Shown one piece after another: positions 19,720 to 29,558 of a DNA stretch of 55,924 nucleotides. Both the position numbers and the translations under genes were made by a program. The stretch is taken from assembly GCA_041686235.1 (NCBI GenBank), contig JAWLED010000004.1, forward strand, positions 8,514 to 64,437. Reading direction: 5' to 3'. The notes under the pieces are model-generated. The model was not told where the DNA came from. It did not search any database and saw only the letters and a program-made list of their open reading frames with translations. Position 1 is the first letter of the stretch, and each line of letters begins with the position of its first letter. The stretch is from Spirochaetia bacterium. Its GTDB lineage: Bacteria > Spirochaetota > Spirochaetia > DSM-27196 > PWMO01.

Positions 19720-20640
19720 TTACTCTTGCATCTTTGGGGATGACTTTATTGGTGCAAGCTCCACGATGCGGTCCTCTATCTCCCGGAGTTGAGATGAAAT
19801 CCGAGCATCGATTTGTCCGAAATCGGTCTCGATGATCGCCCCGCCCGGATCGACGGTCGAGTCCTCCGCTACGGTGATGTTCCCCACACGCTCTACCATC
19901 TTGGTGATTTCCTCGGTGTGGGAGCTCGCCATCTTCAAATCCTGAAAATTAACCCGAATCGTAACATCGGACTTCTGCTTGAGCTTTTGCAGCGCCTGTA
20001 CGATGTTGTTTACCACGACGTTCTTTTGGTTCTCGGAGATGACCTTGACCACCTTCTTGGCAATCTCGAGGACCAAATGGATGATCTGTGACTCCGATTC
20101 CTCGATTATCTCATTGCGACGCTCTATAGCCTTGTTCAAAATGGCGTGAATACGATCTATGAGACGATTTACTTCCGCCTCGCCGGTGGCAAAGCCCTTC
20201 TCTTCTCCCTGAGCGACTCCGCGCTCATAGGCCTCCCGCTCCACCTCGTCGGCCTTCTCTTGCGCCTCCTGCTTAATGCGCTCACCCTCTGCCTGCGCCT
20301 CCTGCTTGATGCGCTCGGCTTCCTCTTCGGCTTCCTGCTTTATCGTCGCGGCCTGATCGTTCTTGGACTTCACCTCTTCGAAGGCCTGGTTCTCCGCCTC
20401 TTTGACGATCCGCTCGGCCTCTTCTTTGGCCTCTTGGATCATTTGCTCTCGCTCTTGATCCCATTTGGCCCGAAACTCTTCGGCTTCCTTACGGATGTCT
20501 TCGACGGTAGGGCCGGTATACTCCTCGGCCTCTTCCTCTTGTACCGGCTGAGGTGCCTGCGGCGGGGAGTCCGGCCCCTCTATGAACACCTTACCGTCCT
20601 GGACTCGTATTTCGCCTGCCCTGAAAACGTTCTTCGCCAA
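19720..20640 (-). CDS. fliH: Flagellar assembly protein FliH
   Basis: AxxxA/GxxxG helical repeats and DPGGAIIETDFGQIDARI; TTG start. Confidence 0.95.
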   Translation of the reverse strand: MAKNVFRAGEIRVQDGKVFIEGPDSPPQAPQPVQEEEAEEYTGPTVEDIRKEAEEFRAKWDQEREQMIQEAKEEAERIVKEAENQAFEEVKSKNDQAATIKQEAEEEAERIKQEAQAEGERIKQEAQEKADEVEREAYERGVAQGEEKGFATGEAEVNRLIDRIHAILNKAIERRNEIIEESESQIIHLVLEIAKKVVKVISENQKNVVVNNIVQALQKLKQKSDVTIRVNFQDLKMASSHTEEITKMVERVGNITVAEDSTVDPGGAIIETDFGQIDARISSQLREIEDRIVELAPIKSSPKMQE

Positions 20641-20657
20641 GCCCTAGACCTCCGTGT

Positions 20658-21731
20658 CTACACAACCAACTCGTCTTCGCCTGCTCGGGCAACGACGATC
20701 TCGCCTTGCTCTTCGAGCTTTCGAATGATCGAGACGATTCGCTGCTGTGATTCTTCCACATCTTTTACGCGAATGGGGCCCATGTATTCCATGTCTTCTT
20801 TGAGCAGAGTGGAGGCACGTTTCGACATGTTGCGGAAGATCTTGTCCTGTACCTCCGTATCCACCGATTTTAGCGCCTTGGCGAGCTCGGTGGTGTCCAC
20901 CTCTCGCATGACCTTCTGGATGGCCCTGTCGTCGAGCATGACGATGTCCTCGAAGACGAACATGCGCTTCTTGATCTCTTCTGCAAGCTCCGGGTCCTCT
21001 TCCTCGAGAGACTCGATGATGCTCTTCTCCGTCGATCTGTCCACGAGGTTCAGTATCTCAACGATACTTTCCACACCGCCGGCGGTGGTGTAGTCCTCGG
21101 AGGACAGCGTGGAGAGCTTTTTCTCGAGAACCCGTTCGACCTCCCTCAGTATTTCGGGGGAGGTACGGTCCATGGTCGAGATGCGTTTGGATACATCCGA
21201 CTGAATGTCGTGCGGGAGACTCTTGAGAATGACCGAAGCTTTGTTCGGCTCGAGATACGCAAGGATCAACGCGATGGTCTGCGGGTGTTCGCGCTGAATG
21301 AAGTTCAACAGATGTGTCGGGTCGGTGCGCCGGATGAAGTCGAAGGGCCGTACCTGCAGGCTCGAGGTAAGCCGGTTGATTATATCCACCGCCTTCTGCG
21401 ACCCCAAGGACTTTTCCAAGAGCTCACGCGCATAGTCGATTCCCCCGCTGGTGATGAAGTCCTGAGCCATCATCAGCTCTTGGAACTCCTGCAACACTCC
21501 GTCGCGGTCCTGCGCCTCGATATTCTCGAGGCGGGCAATCTCGAATGTCAGCGACTCTATTTCGTCCTCGCGAAGGTGCTTGAAGATCTCCGAGGATATC
21601 TCCGAGCCGAGGGTCACCAGAAAAATGGCGGCCTTCTGCCTCCCGGTAAGCTCTTTACGATGCGATGAGCCCTTTTTCGAGCTCTGTTGTGCGGCTCCGG
21701 CGCCGCCGGCCGGTGCGTTTGACCGTGCCAT
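20658..21731 (-). CDS. fliG: Motor switch protein FliG
   Basis: QKAAIFL, GGIDYA, EHPQTIALIL, MFVFEDI. Confidence 0.97.
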   Translation of the reverse strand: MARSNAPAGGAGAAQQSSKKGSSHRKELTGRQKAAIFLVTLGSEISSEIFKHLREDEIESLTFEIARLENIEAQDRDGVLQEFQELMMAQDFITSGGIDYARELLEKSLGSQKAVDIINRLTSSLQVRPFDFIRRTDPTHLLNFIQREHPQTIALILAYLEPNKASVILKSLPHDIQSDVSKRISTMDRTSPEILREVERVLEKKLSTLSSEDYTTAGGVESIVEILNLVDRSTEKSIIESLEEEDPELAEEIKKRMFVFEDIVMLDDRAIQKVMREVDTTELAKALKSVDTEVQDKIFRNMSKRASTLLKEDMEYMGPIRVKDVEESQQRIVSIIRKLEEQGEIVVARAGEDELVV

Positions 21732-21734
21732 ATG

Positions 21735-23441
21735 CTACTCCTCGCTCAACCAGGTGCGTATGAGTTGAGCCACGTCTTCCGGATGCTCGCGCGCCATGTT
21801 GACCGCGTTCTCCTGAAGCTCCATACGAGCCCGCTCTTCCACCGACATTTCGACCTCTTCGCCTTCTTCTTCGGCGCTGCGCAGTGCCTGCTCGCGCATG
21901 GCCTGATGCTGTCGGGCGAGTTCTTCTTCGCGGAGACGACGTCTGCGTGCGATCTCTCTGGAGATAAGGCGGAATACGATAAAGGCCAACAGAAGTACCG
22001 CAAGCCCGATGAGAGAGTACAGCACGATCATTTGGATCTGCTGCCTGCGACGCACGCTTTCGTCTTCTTGCTCGTGCTCTCTGGTGCGGTCGAACTGCAA
22101 ATGACGCACCGTCACCGTATCGCCACGCGAGTCGTTGAAGCCGACTGCGCCTTGCAGCAAGTCTTCCGCCTTCTCTAACTCTTCCTCATCGACAGGAATG
22201 TATTCCCGAGCAATACTTCCATCAGATTCAATAATAGGCTCTCCATTATCATTATACTGCCAGCGCCATACCCCGTCCAGGGCGACGCTCGCAGTCACCC
22301 GGTCTACCTCGGGGCTCCCCTCTTCTTGAGTAACCCGCGTGTTGACCTCGTTGTTTACCCGCTCCTCGTTGTTGGAATAGCTTCCCATGAGGTCTTGCAG
22401 GTCTTTGTAGGCCGGTGGGGTTTGTCCCTCTTGGCCTGGAGGGCCCTCAGGATTAAAGCCCGTACCCTCGAAACTCTCATTCATGCTTTCAACCGAGCGT
22501 GGTATCGAGAGCACGTACTCCCGCTCGTTGAACGGGGTATTGGGGTCGTCCTCCTGGGTGACGATGGGAAAGTGCTCGGTTGTTTCGGAGCTTCGCTTTC
22601 CCATATCGAGGTCCACGTCAATGTTAACTACCTCGAACCGATCTTCTCCGTATATTTGGCTCAGCGCCTCACGGATTGCCTTGATGTAGCGCTGCTCTAC
22701 GTCTCGTTTCAGCTCGAGCTCACGCTCGGTGGCGGTAAGCTCATCGATGTCGTCCAGGCTGTCGAAATCGTTGAGAACAACGCCGCTTCGATCGGAGATA
22801 CTGATGTTGTCCGGGTGCAGTCCCTCCACCGCCATTTGAATCAGGCGCTGAATACCCTCGATCTTGTCGCGGTTTTCGCGTAAATCCGATCCCGGTTTCG
22901 GAGAGAGGATCACCGAGGCCGTGACGGGATCTTGTTCTTCCTCGAAGAGCTCGCTCTCGGGAATGACGAGATTGACGCTTGCCGCGTCGACGTCGTCGAG
23001 AGCCTCGATATGCTGCTGCAATTGGTTCGTAATCGAGCGCTGCAGGTTTACGTTGCGCTCGAAGTCGGTCTGGGTCCACCGCTCCATATCGAAGAGCTCC
23101 CAGGGGTCCGTTTCTTCCGGGATGAGTTCGTAGCGCGTGAGTATGCTTCTCGCTCGCCGCGCGGTACGCTCGTCGCCGACCATGACGCGCATGTCGGGGG
23201 TAATTTCATATTCGATGTTTTCCTGGTCAAGCCGTGTGGCAATACGGTCGAGGGTTTCCTCGTCCTCGACGCTTCGGGTAAGCACCGGCTCCATTGACGG
23301 CTGCGCACTAAATACCACAAGCAAGACCAGACCGAGCACACTGCCGCCGACAACGGCAAACAGGATCACCTTCTGGGCCAAGCTCCACTTGCCCCACAGC
23401 TCTCGGATCTGCGTGATGAGTCGCTTAATCCATTCTCTCAT
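21735..23441 (-). CDS. fliF: MS-ring protein FliF
   Basis: Two TM segments, WELFD, TASVIL, AVGFNDSRGD, C-terminal AQLIRTWL. Confidence 0.96.
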   Translation of the reverse strand: MREWIKRLITQIRELWGKWSLAQKVILFAVVGGSVLGLVLLVVFSAQPSMEPVLTRSVEDEETLDRIATRLDQENIEYEITPDMRVMVGDERTARRARSILTRYELIPEETDPWELFDMERWTQTDFERNVNLQRSITNQLQQHIEALDDVDAASVNLVIPESELFEEEQDPVTASVILSPKPGSDLRENRDKIEGIQRLIQMAVEGLHPDNISISDRSGVVLNDFDSLDDIDELTATERELELKRDVEQRYIKAIREALSQIYGEDRFEVVNIDVDLDMGKRSSETTEHFPIVTQEDDPNTPFNEREYVLSIPRSVESMNESFEGTGFNPEGPPGQEGQTPPAYKDLQDLMGSYSNNEERVNNEVNTRVTQEEGSPEVDRVTASVALDGVWRWQYNDNGEPIIESDGSIAREYIPVDEEELEKAEDLLQGAVGFNDSRGDTVTVRHLQFDRTREHEQEDESVRRRQQIQMIVLYSLIGLAVLLLAFIVFRLISREIARRRRLREEELARQHQAMREQALRSAEEEGEEVEMSVEERARMELQENAVNMAREHPEDVAQLIRTWLSEE

Positions 23442-23481
23442 GTTCCCCTCCCAGGAATCATACCTACATCAGCATACGGAC

Positions 23482-23805
23482 CTATCGCAGTGTGGTTATA
23501 TCTCGGTAGCCCTGAATAACCCGGTCCACCACGTTCTTCGTGATCGAAAGCGACAAATTCGCTTTGGCCCCCGCTATCGATACGTCATGGGCGTCCACAT
23601 CATCGGGATTGATCACCGACTGCATCGACAGATTGGCGTGATCCTTTTGCATTTGGCTCACATCGGTCAAGCTCGTAATGAGCATTTCGTCGAACGTCTT
23701 TTGCTCTTGATCTTGCGGAGCGTCACCGGCTCCCGTTACGTGTTGTGAATTCGTGCGCGCGAGCCGAAAGAGATCCCCAGTTGCTTGTTCCGGACCAATA
23801 GTCAT
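23482..23805 (-). CDS. fliE: Hook-basal body protein FliE
   Basis: DAHDVSIA...KANLSL...GYRDI; lies between flgC and fliF. Confidence 0.92.
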   Translation of the reverse strand: MTIGPEQATGDLFRLARTNSQHVTGAGDAPQDQEQKTFDEMLITSLTDVSQMQKDHANLSMQSVINPDDVDAHDVSIAGAKANLSLSITKNVVDRVIQGYRDITTLR

Positions 23806-23809
23806 TTAC

Positions 23810-24268
23810 CTACCTCCCAATCTCCAAGGCGTTCTGAAACATGTTCTTTGCGCCGTCTATAACTTGCACGTTTGCTTCATACGACCGTGACGCGGAGATC
23901 ATGTCGACCATTTCGTCCACCACGTTCACGTTGGGCATTTCCACGTATCCCTCCCGTGGACCCGACTGTATCGCGTCCGGATGCGTGGGATCATGCACGA
24001 GCTTCGGCTCGGCATCCTGATCTTTCTGGATCTCGGCCACCCGTACACCGCCTCCCACGCCGTTGTCGAGACGGTTGGGGACGAATTGTCCCCTGAAGTA
24101 CGGTTGCTCGACACGGGGGCGAAAAATCACCCTGCTGCGGCGAAACGGCCCACCCTCGGTCGTACGGGTCGTATTTACGTTGGCAATGTTGTTTGAGATG
24201 ACGTCCTGCCTGAGACGCTGTGCTGAAAGCCCGGTTGCCGCGGTATTAATGCTCGAAAACAGTCCCAT
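23810..24268 (-). CDS. flgC: Rod protein FlgC
   Basis: SNNIANVNTT, DPTHPDA, GYVEMPNVN, SRSYEAN. Confidence 0.97.
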   Translation of the reverse strand: MGLFSSINTAATGLSAQRLRQDVISNNIANVNTTRTTEGGPFRRSRVIFRPRVEQPYFRGQFVPNRLDNGVGGGVRVAEIQKDQDAEPKLVHDPTHPDAIQSGPREGYVEMPNVNVVDEMVDMISASRSYEANVQVIDGAKNMFQNALEIGR

Positions 24269-24275
24269 ATCTCAC

Positions 24276-24698
24276 CTACTGCAGTACCAGATTTAGCCGT
24301 TGAAACTCCGACCGCACCGAGTCGGTCATGAGCGTATACAACAACTGATTGTTGAGAAGCTCCATCGACTCTTGCTCGATATCCACATTATTCCCGTTGT
24401 TCTTGGAGGTGGTCTGATAATCGAGCACCCGTCGAGGCTCGACGTTGCGGTAGTCGACGGAACGATCGAACGGAATGTGGCGTTCGTTCGTCATGGCTGC
24501 CGGAAATGAGCGCTCGGCACGTTGCTCCGACTCGAGCGCGTCCTTCAGAGCAGTTTCGAAATTGACTTCACTGCGCTTGAAGTTCGGTGTGTCCGAGTTT
24601 GCGATATTGTTCGAGATCACGTCCTGCCGGAGCAGGCTCACATCCATCGAGCGCTGGAGGACGTCGACGGTTTTTCCGAATGAGCTCTCTAAGAACAT
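24276..24698 (-). CDS. flgB: Rod protein FlgB
   Basis: SNNIANSDTPNFK, NGNNVDIE. Start moved to the ATG at 24698 behind GGAGG. Confidence 0.96.
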   Translation of the reverse strand: MFLESSFGKTVDVLQRSMDVSLLRQDVISNNIANSDTPNFKRSEVNFETALKDALESEQRAERSFPAAMTNERHIPFDRSVDYRNVEPRRVLDYQTTSKNNGNNVDIEQESMELLNNQLLYTLMTDSVRSEFQRLNLVLQ

Positions 24699-24702
24699 AT
24701 TC

Positions 24703-24775
24703 CTCCACTCCTCTTTACTGAATTTCGGACGATGGAGTGGAGACACTGAGTGTTAATCGCGCTGTATGTCAACTT
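24703..24775 (-). promoter_or_regulatory. flgB 5' regulatory region: anti-SD stem and sigma28-like promoter candidate
   Basis: Perfect 9-bp inverted repeat at 24703-24711 and 24734-24742, TCAG-16 nt-TCCGAAAT, and a TTGACA at 24767-24772 with no good -10 box. Confidence 0.45.
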
Positions 24776-24812
24776 CGTTCCCCTCCCAGTGAACGTTACC
24801 TGTTCAACCCCG

Positions 24813-26270
24813 CTATAGTATGTAGCGGGAAAGATCTTGATCCTGAACAACGTCGCTCAGGCGTTCTTTTACGTACTCCGGCGTTATCGGAATCTTCTGT
24901 CCCTCGAGATCAGTTGCCGTGAAGGATAGCTCTTCGAGGAGCAACTCCATGATTGTGTGGAGGCGTCGCGCACCGATATTCTCGGTACGTGAGTTCACAT
25001 CGGCGGCAATCTCCGACAACTCCTTGATTGCCTCGTCGGTGAAATCTATCTCTACTCCCTCGGTGGCAAGCAACTCGGTATACTGGCGAATCAACGCGTT
25101 TTGCGGCTGAGTCAGAATCCGTACGAAGTCCTCCGAGCCGAGCGCCTCGAGCTCTACGCGCAGAGGAAATCTGCCCTGCAACTCAGGGATGAGGTCGCTC
25201 GGTTTCGATGCGTGAAAGGCACCGGCGGCGATGAACAAGATGTGCGAGGTCGTGACCATGCCGTACTTGGTGTTGACCGTACTCCCTTCGACGATCGGCA
25301 AGATGTCTCGCTGCACTCCCTCGCGGCTCACGTCGACGCCGGAACGGTTTTCCTTTGCGGCGATCTTGTCGATCTCGTCGATGAAGACGATACCCATCTC
25401 TTCTACGCGCTGACGGGCGAGCTCGTTAACGCGGTCGTCGTCAACGAGCTTATCCATTTCTTCCTGAAGGATAATCTCCCGAGCGTTTTTGACGGTCGTG
25501 CGTTTCTTCTTTTTCTTACCACCGAACATGTTCCCGAGGTTGCCGAGATTGAGATCCATTTCCTCGAAATTGCTGCCCGAAAAGATCTCGATGGCCGGGA
25601 ACCCGCTGCCGCTGGAGACCTGCACGTCGACCTCTTTGTCTTCGAAGTCGCCGTCCCGCAATTTTTTGCGAAACTTCTCCCTCGTAGCGCTCGAGGTGCC
25701 GCCGGAGCCCGAGCTCGATTGGCTGTGGCTGGGCGGTTGAAAACCGGCTGCCGGCGTTCCGCCGGCGGCGCCCCCGCCGGCGGCGCCGCCGGATTGGTCG
25801 TTGCCGCCGGTGCCCGTATCCGATTGTTCCTCGCGGTTTTTCACTCCCGGCAAGAGAAGATCGAGCAGCGCCTCTTCGGTCCGTTTTTCGGCTTCTTCGC
25901 GAACCTCTTCCTGAAGCTCGGCCTTTACCATCGATACGGCGTTTGCCGTGAGATCGCGGATCATCGACTCTACGTCGCGCCCGACGTAGCCCACCTCGGT
26001 ATACTTGGTCGCCTCCACCTTGATGAAGGGGGCACCCGTGAGCTTCGAGAGCCGTCTCGCTATCTCGGTCTTTCCTACGCCGGTGGGGCCGATCATAATG
26101 ATGTTCTTGGGCGCGACCTCATCCTTCAATTCTTCCGAGAGCCGTTGGCGCCGTACCCGATTTCGCAGCGCAATGGCCACCGCCTTTTTGGCCTTCTCCT
26201 GGCCGATAATGAAATTATCGAGCTCCCGAACGATTTCTTTTGGGGTTAGCTCGTGTAGCGCTCGCTTCAT
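24813..26270 (-). CDS. hslU: ATP-dependent protease ATPase subunit HslU
   Basis: [18 protein letters not shown] pore loop, [17 protein letters not shown]-terminal DLSRYIL. Confidence 0.98.
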   Translation of the reverse strand: MKRALHELTPKEIVRELDNFIIGQEKAKKAVAIALRNRVRRQRLSEELKDEVAPKNIIMIGPTGVGKTEIARRLSKLTGAPFIKVEATKYTEVGYVGRDVESMIRDLTANAVSMVKAELQEEVREEAEKRTEEALLDLLLPGVKNREEQSDTGTGGNDQSGGAAGGGAAGGTPAAGFQPPSHSQSSSGSGGTSSATREKFRKKLRDGDFEDKEVDVQVSSGSGFPAIEIFSGSNFEEMDLNLGNLGNMFGGKKKKKRTTVKNAREIILQEEMDKLVDDDRVNELARQRVEEMGIVFIDEIDKIAAKENRSGVDVSREGVQRDILPIVEGSTVNTKYGMVTTSHILFIAAGAFHASKPSDLIPELQGRFPLRVELEALGSEDFVRILTQPQNALIRQYTELLATEGVEIDFTDEAIKELSEIAADVNSRTENIGARRLHTIMELLLEELSFTATDLEGQKIPITPEYVKERLSDVVQDQDLSRYIL

Positions 26271-26812
26271 GTCAATTCCTCCAGCGCGATACTGTCGTTG
26301 GTATAGATACAGATATCCGAGGCGATCGCCATGGAACGACGCGCTATCTCGGCGGCATCGAGGTCCGATCCGTGCAGGAGCGCAAGGGCTGCCGCATATG
26401 CGTACTGACCGCCCGAACCAATGGCAATGGCACCCTCATCGGGCTCGATAACGTCACCGTTACCCGATATGAGAAGGATGCGCTCGGTGTCTCCCACGAG
26501 GAGCAAAGCTTCGAGGCGTCTGAGCATTCGGTCGGTCCGCCATTCTTTTGCCAATTCCACCGCCGCGCGGGTAAGGTCGCCGCCGAACTCTTTCACTTTT
26601 CCTTCGAACCGTTCGAACAGGGTGAACGCATCCGCCGTGGCCCCGGCAAACCCCACGAGAATCTTTCCGTCGTAGATCTTGCGCACCTTTCGTGCGCTCG
26701 TCTTCATGACCGTTTCGCCCATGGTCACTTGGCCGTCGCCGGCGAGGGCAAGCTTGCCGTCCTTTTGTACCGCGATGACCGTCGTTGCGTGCATGCCGCT
26801 ATCTTTACTCAT
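26267..26812 (-). CDS. hslV: ATP-dependent protease subunit HslV
   Basis: HATTVIAV (catalytic Thr), GDGQVT, GSGG, DICIYTN. Start placed at the ATG at 26812. Confidence 0.97.
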   Translation of the reverse strand: MSKDSGMHATTVIAVQKDGKLALAGDGQVTMGETVMKTSARKVRKIYDGKILVGFAGATADAFTLFERFEGKVKEFGGDLTRAAVELAKEWRTDRMLRRLEALLLVGDTERILLISGNGDVIEPDEGAIAIGSGGQYAYAAALALLHGSDLDAAEIARRSMAIASDICIYTNDSIALEELT

Positions 26813-27752
26813 TGTGCGTATTCCTTCTGTCTCGGGTCCCGGAGGTTGCACCGTGGGGGTGGGCCTCGGCATAGATTTTTTTGAGCCGTCCCAAGTCGAG
26901 ATGCGTATAAACCTGAGTGGTGGACAGCTTTGCGTGGCCGAGGAGCTCCTGGACTACCCGTATGTCCGCACCGCTTTCCAACAGGTGCGTCGCAAAGGTA
27001 TGCCGCAGCGTATGCGGTGACGCATGTTTGCTGATACCGGCGTTCTCAATGCGCTTTTCCAGTATCAACGCTACGCCCCGGCCTGTCAAACGTCCGCCCC
27101 GCGCGTTGAGAAATAGTGCCGTTGTCCGACTATTGTGCTGAGCCGCCACCGCCTCGCGCGCCGCGAGGTAGCGGCGCAGCGCCTCCACCGCGCGGTCACC
27201 GACGAATACCAGCCGGTCTTTGCGCCCTTTTCCGTGTACGAGCATGCGCCCGCGCTCGAGATACAGGTCGTCGAGGTTCGTTCCCACGAGCTCGGCAACG
27301 CGACACCCGGTGGAATACAGGGTTTCGAACAGTGCGCGATCGCGCAAACTGAAAAAGTCGTCGCCGGAGATTCCGAGAAGGCTCTCGATTTCTTCGTCGA
27401 ACAGGAACCCCGGCAGACTGCCGGAGCCCTTGAGACTTCGAATATCTGCGGCGGGAGACACCTCGATCTCCCCGTGTTTGACGAGAAACCGGAAGAACCC
27501 TTTCAACGCCGAGAGCATCCGGTTGATGCTCGCCCTCGAGAATCCGTTGCGCGACAGGTTGGCCACGTAAGAGCGCACCGTCTCGCGGTCTATGTCCTCA
27601 TCGGCGTCCTGATGGTTCCACACGTGCGAGAGAAAATCGTTGATATCCCGGCGATAGGCAACGATGGTCGTCTTCGATAGGTTGCGCACACTCGCGAGAT
27701 AGGCAAGGTACTCTTCAGCCCGGCGTTCCCACATTCCCTGGTGCTCAGCCAT
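26805..27752 (-). CDS. xerC: Tyrosine recombinase XerC
   Basis: RDRALFE...[35 protein letters not shown]; upstream of hslVU. Start moved to the ATG at 27752 with a GGGAGG SD. Confidence 0.88.
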   Translation of the reverse strand: MAEHQGMWERRAEEYLAYLASVRNLSKTTIVAYRRDINDFLSHVWNHQDADEDIDRETVRSYVANLSRNGFSRASINRMLSALKGFFRFLVKHGEIEVSPAADIRSLKGSGSLPGFLFDEEIESLLGISGDDFFSLRDRALFETLYSTGCRVAELVGTNLDDLYLERGRMLVHGKGRKDRLVFVGDRAVEALRRYLAAREAVAAQHNSRTTALFLNARGGRLTGRGVALILEKRIENAGISKHASPHTLRHTFATHLLESGADIRVVQELLGHAKLSTTQVYTHLDLGRLKKIYAEAHPHGATSGTRDRRNTHNE

Positions 27753-28785
27753 TGCCGCCTCCCTCGAGCTCCGCTTCGAGCTCTGCTTCGAGCTCGAGCG
27801 CGAGTTGCACGCCTGCCGGCGCATGTGGGGGCCCCGCGGGACGAGCGCCGCCGGCGCCTGCACCCCTGCGGTGAGCCGCGGTCGCGGTGGGCGCGGCAAA
27901 CGCGTCTCCACACGCCCGTGCAACGTCGCTCATGCCGGCGACCGTGGTAGCACCGTCCGATACCAGCGACATGGCGCCGGCGGCCCGCGGGCTGGTTTCG
28001 GCAACACGATGGACGAGGAGATCGCGCCCCTGCTCGAGCGCGTAGTCGGCGGTAATCAACGCGCCGGAGCGTTGTGGCGCCTCGACCACCACAACGGCCC
28101 GCGAGAGACCGCTAATAATGCGGTTTCGCTCGGGAAAATTGAACTGGCGCGGCGGCGTTCCCGGCGGGTATTCGCTGATGATCGAGCCGCCGCGCCCGAT
28201 GAGACGCGCCGCCAGCTCGCGATTCTGGGCGGGATAGACGGTGTCTATCCCGCAGCCGAGCACTGCCACGGTGGCACCGCCTGCCTCCAACGCGCCTCGG
28301 TGGGCGGCCGTGTCGATGCCACGGGCCAGGCCCGAGACGACCGGCACCCCGGCGTCTGCCGCTTCTCGAGCCAAACTGCGGGCGGCGGTGGTGCCCTCGT
28401 AGGTGGGGTTTCGGGTGCCGACCAGCGCAAGTAAGGGCTCATCCACCGGAAGCGGTTTCCCCCAGATGAACAGCAAGAACGGGGGATCGTATATTTCAGC
28501 GAGCCAGTGGGGATATGCGGGGTCGCCCACGGTGACCAGCGAAATGCGGCGCTGCTCGAGAAAAGCCATGTCTCTGCGTACAATGGGGCCCAGACGATCA
28601 GGTGCCCAGGACCGCGTGTAGAGCCTCCGCCCGATCACGTCGGCGAGGTCGTCGCGGGAGAGGCGCAGCAACACCTCGAGCGAAGGCACCGACCGGTAGA
28701 GGCGGTGTTTCTCGGTGGCACGAAGAAAAGAGAGGTGGCTAATCGCTACTGCAAGCTCTCTATCGGTGCGGTCCATTGCGCTCAT
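27745..28785 (-). CDS. dprA: DNA-processing protein DprA (Smf)
   Basis: DPP, VGTR, VSGLARGID, FPERNRIISGLS, SGALITA. Confidence 0.96.
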   Translation of the reverse strand: MSAMDRTDRELAVAISHLSFLRATEKHRLYRSVPSLEVLLRLSRDDLADVIGRRLYTRSWAPDRLGPIVRRDMAFLEQRRISLVTVGDPAYPHWLAEIYDPPFLLFIWGKPLPVDEPLLALVGTRNPTYEGTTAARSLAREAADAGVPVVSGLARGIDTAAHRGALEAGGATVAVLGCGIDTVYPAQNRELAARLIGRGGSIISEYPPGTPPRQFNFPERNRIISGLSRAVVVVEAPQRSGALITADYALEQGRDLLVHRVAETSPRAAGAMSLVSDGATTVAGMSDVARACGDAFAAPTATAAHRRGAGAGGARPAGPPHAPAGVQLALELEAELEAELEGGGNG

Positions 28786-29543
28786 TCTCCAAGGATCTCC
28801 CGCCGGTTTTCCGTTGCTGCATCCCGCACCTGCGCGGAATCCGCTGCTTCCGCGGCGTTGCCGTAGGCTTCCGCCGCTTCCTCGGGACGGTCGAGCTCGA
28901 GCAACACACGGCCTTTCACCATATAGGCGCGAGCGTCTCCCCCGCGCACCTCATTCGCCCGCTCGATGAACTCCAACGCCTCCTCGGGTCTGTCCATCTC
29001 GAAGGCGTAGAGCACCGCCAGGCCGTACAACGCATTGAAGAACTCCGGGTCGAGCTCGATTGCACGCCGATAATAGCGTTCCGCCTTCTCGAAGTACTCC
29101 TGTGCCTCCTCTTCGGTCCCGGCTGCGTTGCCGAGTTGTCCGGCCGCCGCGCCGGCAAGGTAGAAGACGTTGGGATTCGCCGTTTCGATGCGTATTGCCT
29201 CCTCGAGGTTCTCGAGAGCCGGACCGTAATTCTGCGCGTCGATATACTCCCGGCCCAACATCTTGTAATACGCACCTAACTGTCCTGTTGCTTCAACTTT
29301 TTCTTCTACGATGTCTTCATACTTCTTGATTTGCTCTTTCAGCTCCTCGATACGCTCTTCGTCCACCTCTCCGGCGCCACCCTCCATTTCCACGAGTTCG
29401 TCGAGTTGATCTGAGCGGCCGGAGTCACAGCCTGCGAGCGCCAACACGGCTACCAAAGCACCCCCCACGGCAAGAGCGGCTGCCCGAGTCGGCGCCGTAG
29501 TAGGTCGAAACCACCGTCCGCGGCTCTTCATGTTCTTCCCCAT
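28782..29543 (-). CDS. TPR-repeat lipoprotein
   Basis: Lipobox LALAGC and several TPR-like helical repeats. The start is uncertain. Confidence 0.8.
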   Translation of the reverse strand: MGKNMKSRGRWFRPTTAPTRAAALAVGGALVAVLALAGCDSGRSDQLDELVEMEGGAGEVDEERIEELKEQIKKYEDIVEEKVEATGQLGAYYKMLGREYIDAQNYGPALENLEEAIRIETANPNVFYLAGAAAGQLGNAAGTEEEAQEYFEKAERYYRRAIELDPEFFNALYGLAVLYAFEMDRPEEALEFIERANEVRGGDARAYMVKGRVLLELDRPEEAAEAYGNAAEAADSAQVRDAATENRREILGE

Positions 29544-29558
29544 CTCATCTCTCCCGTC

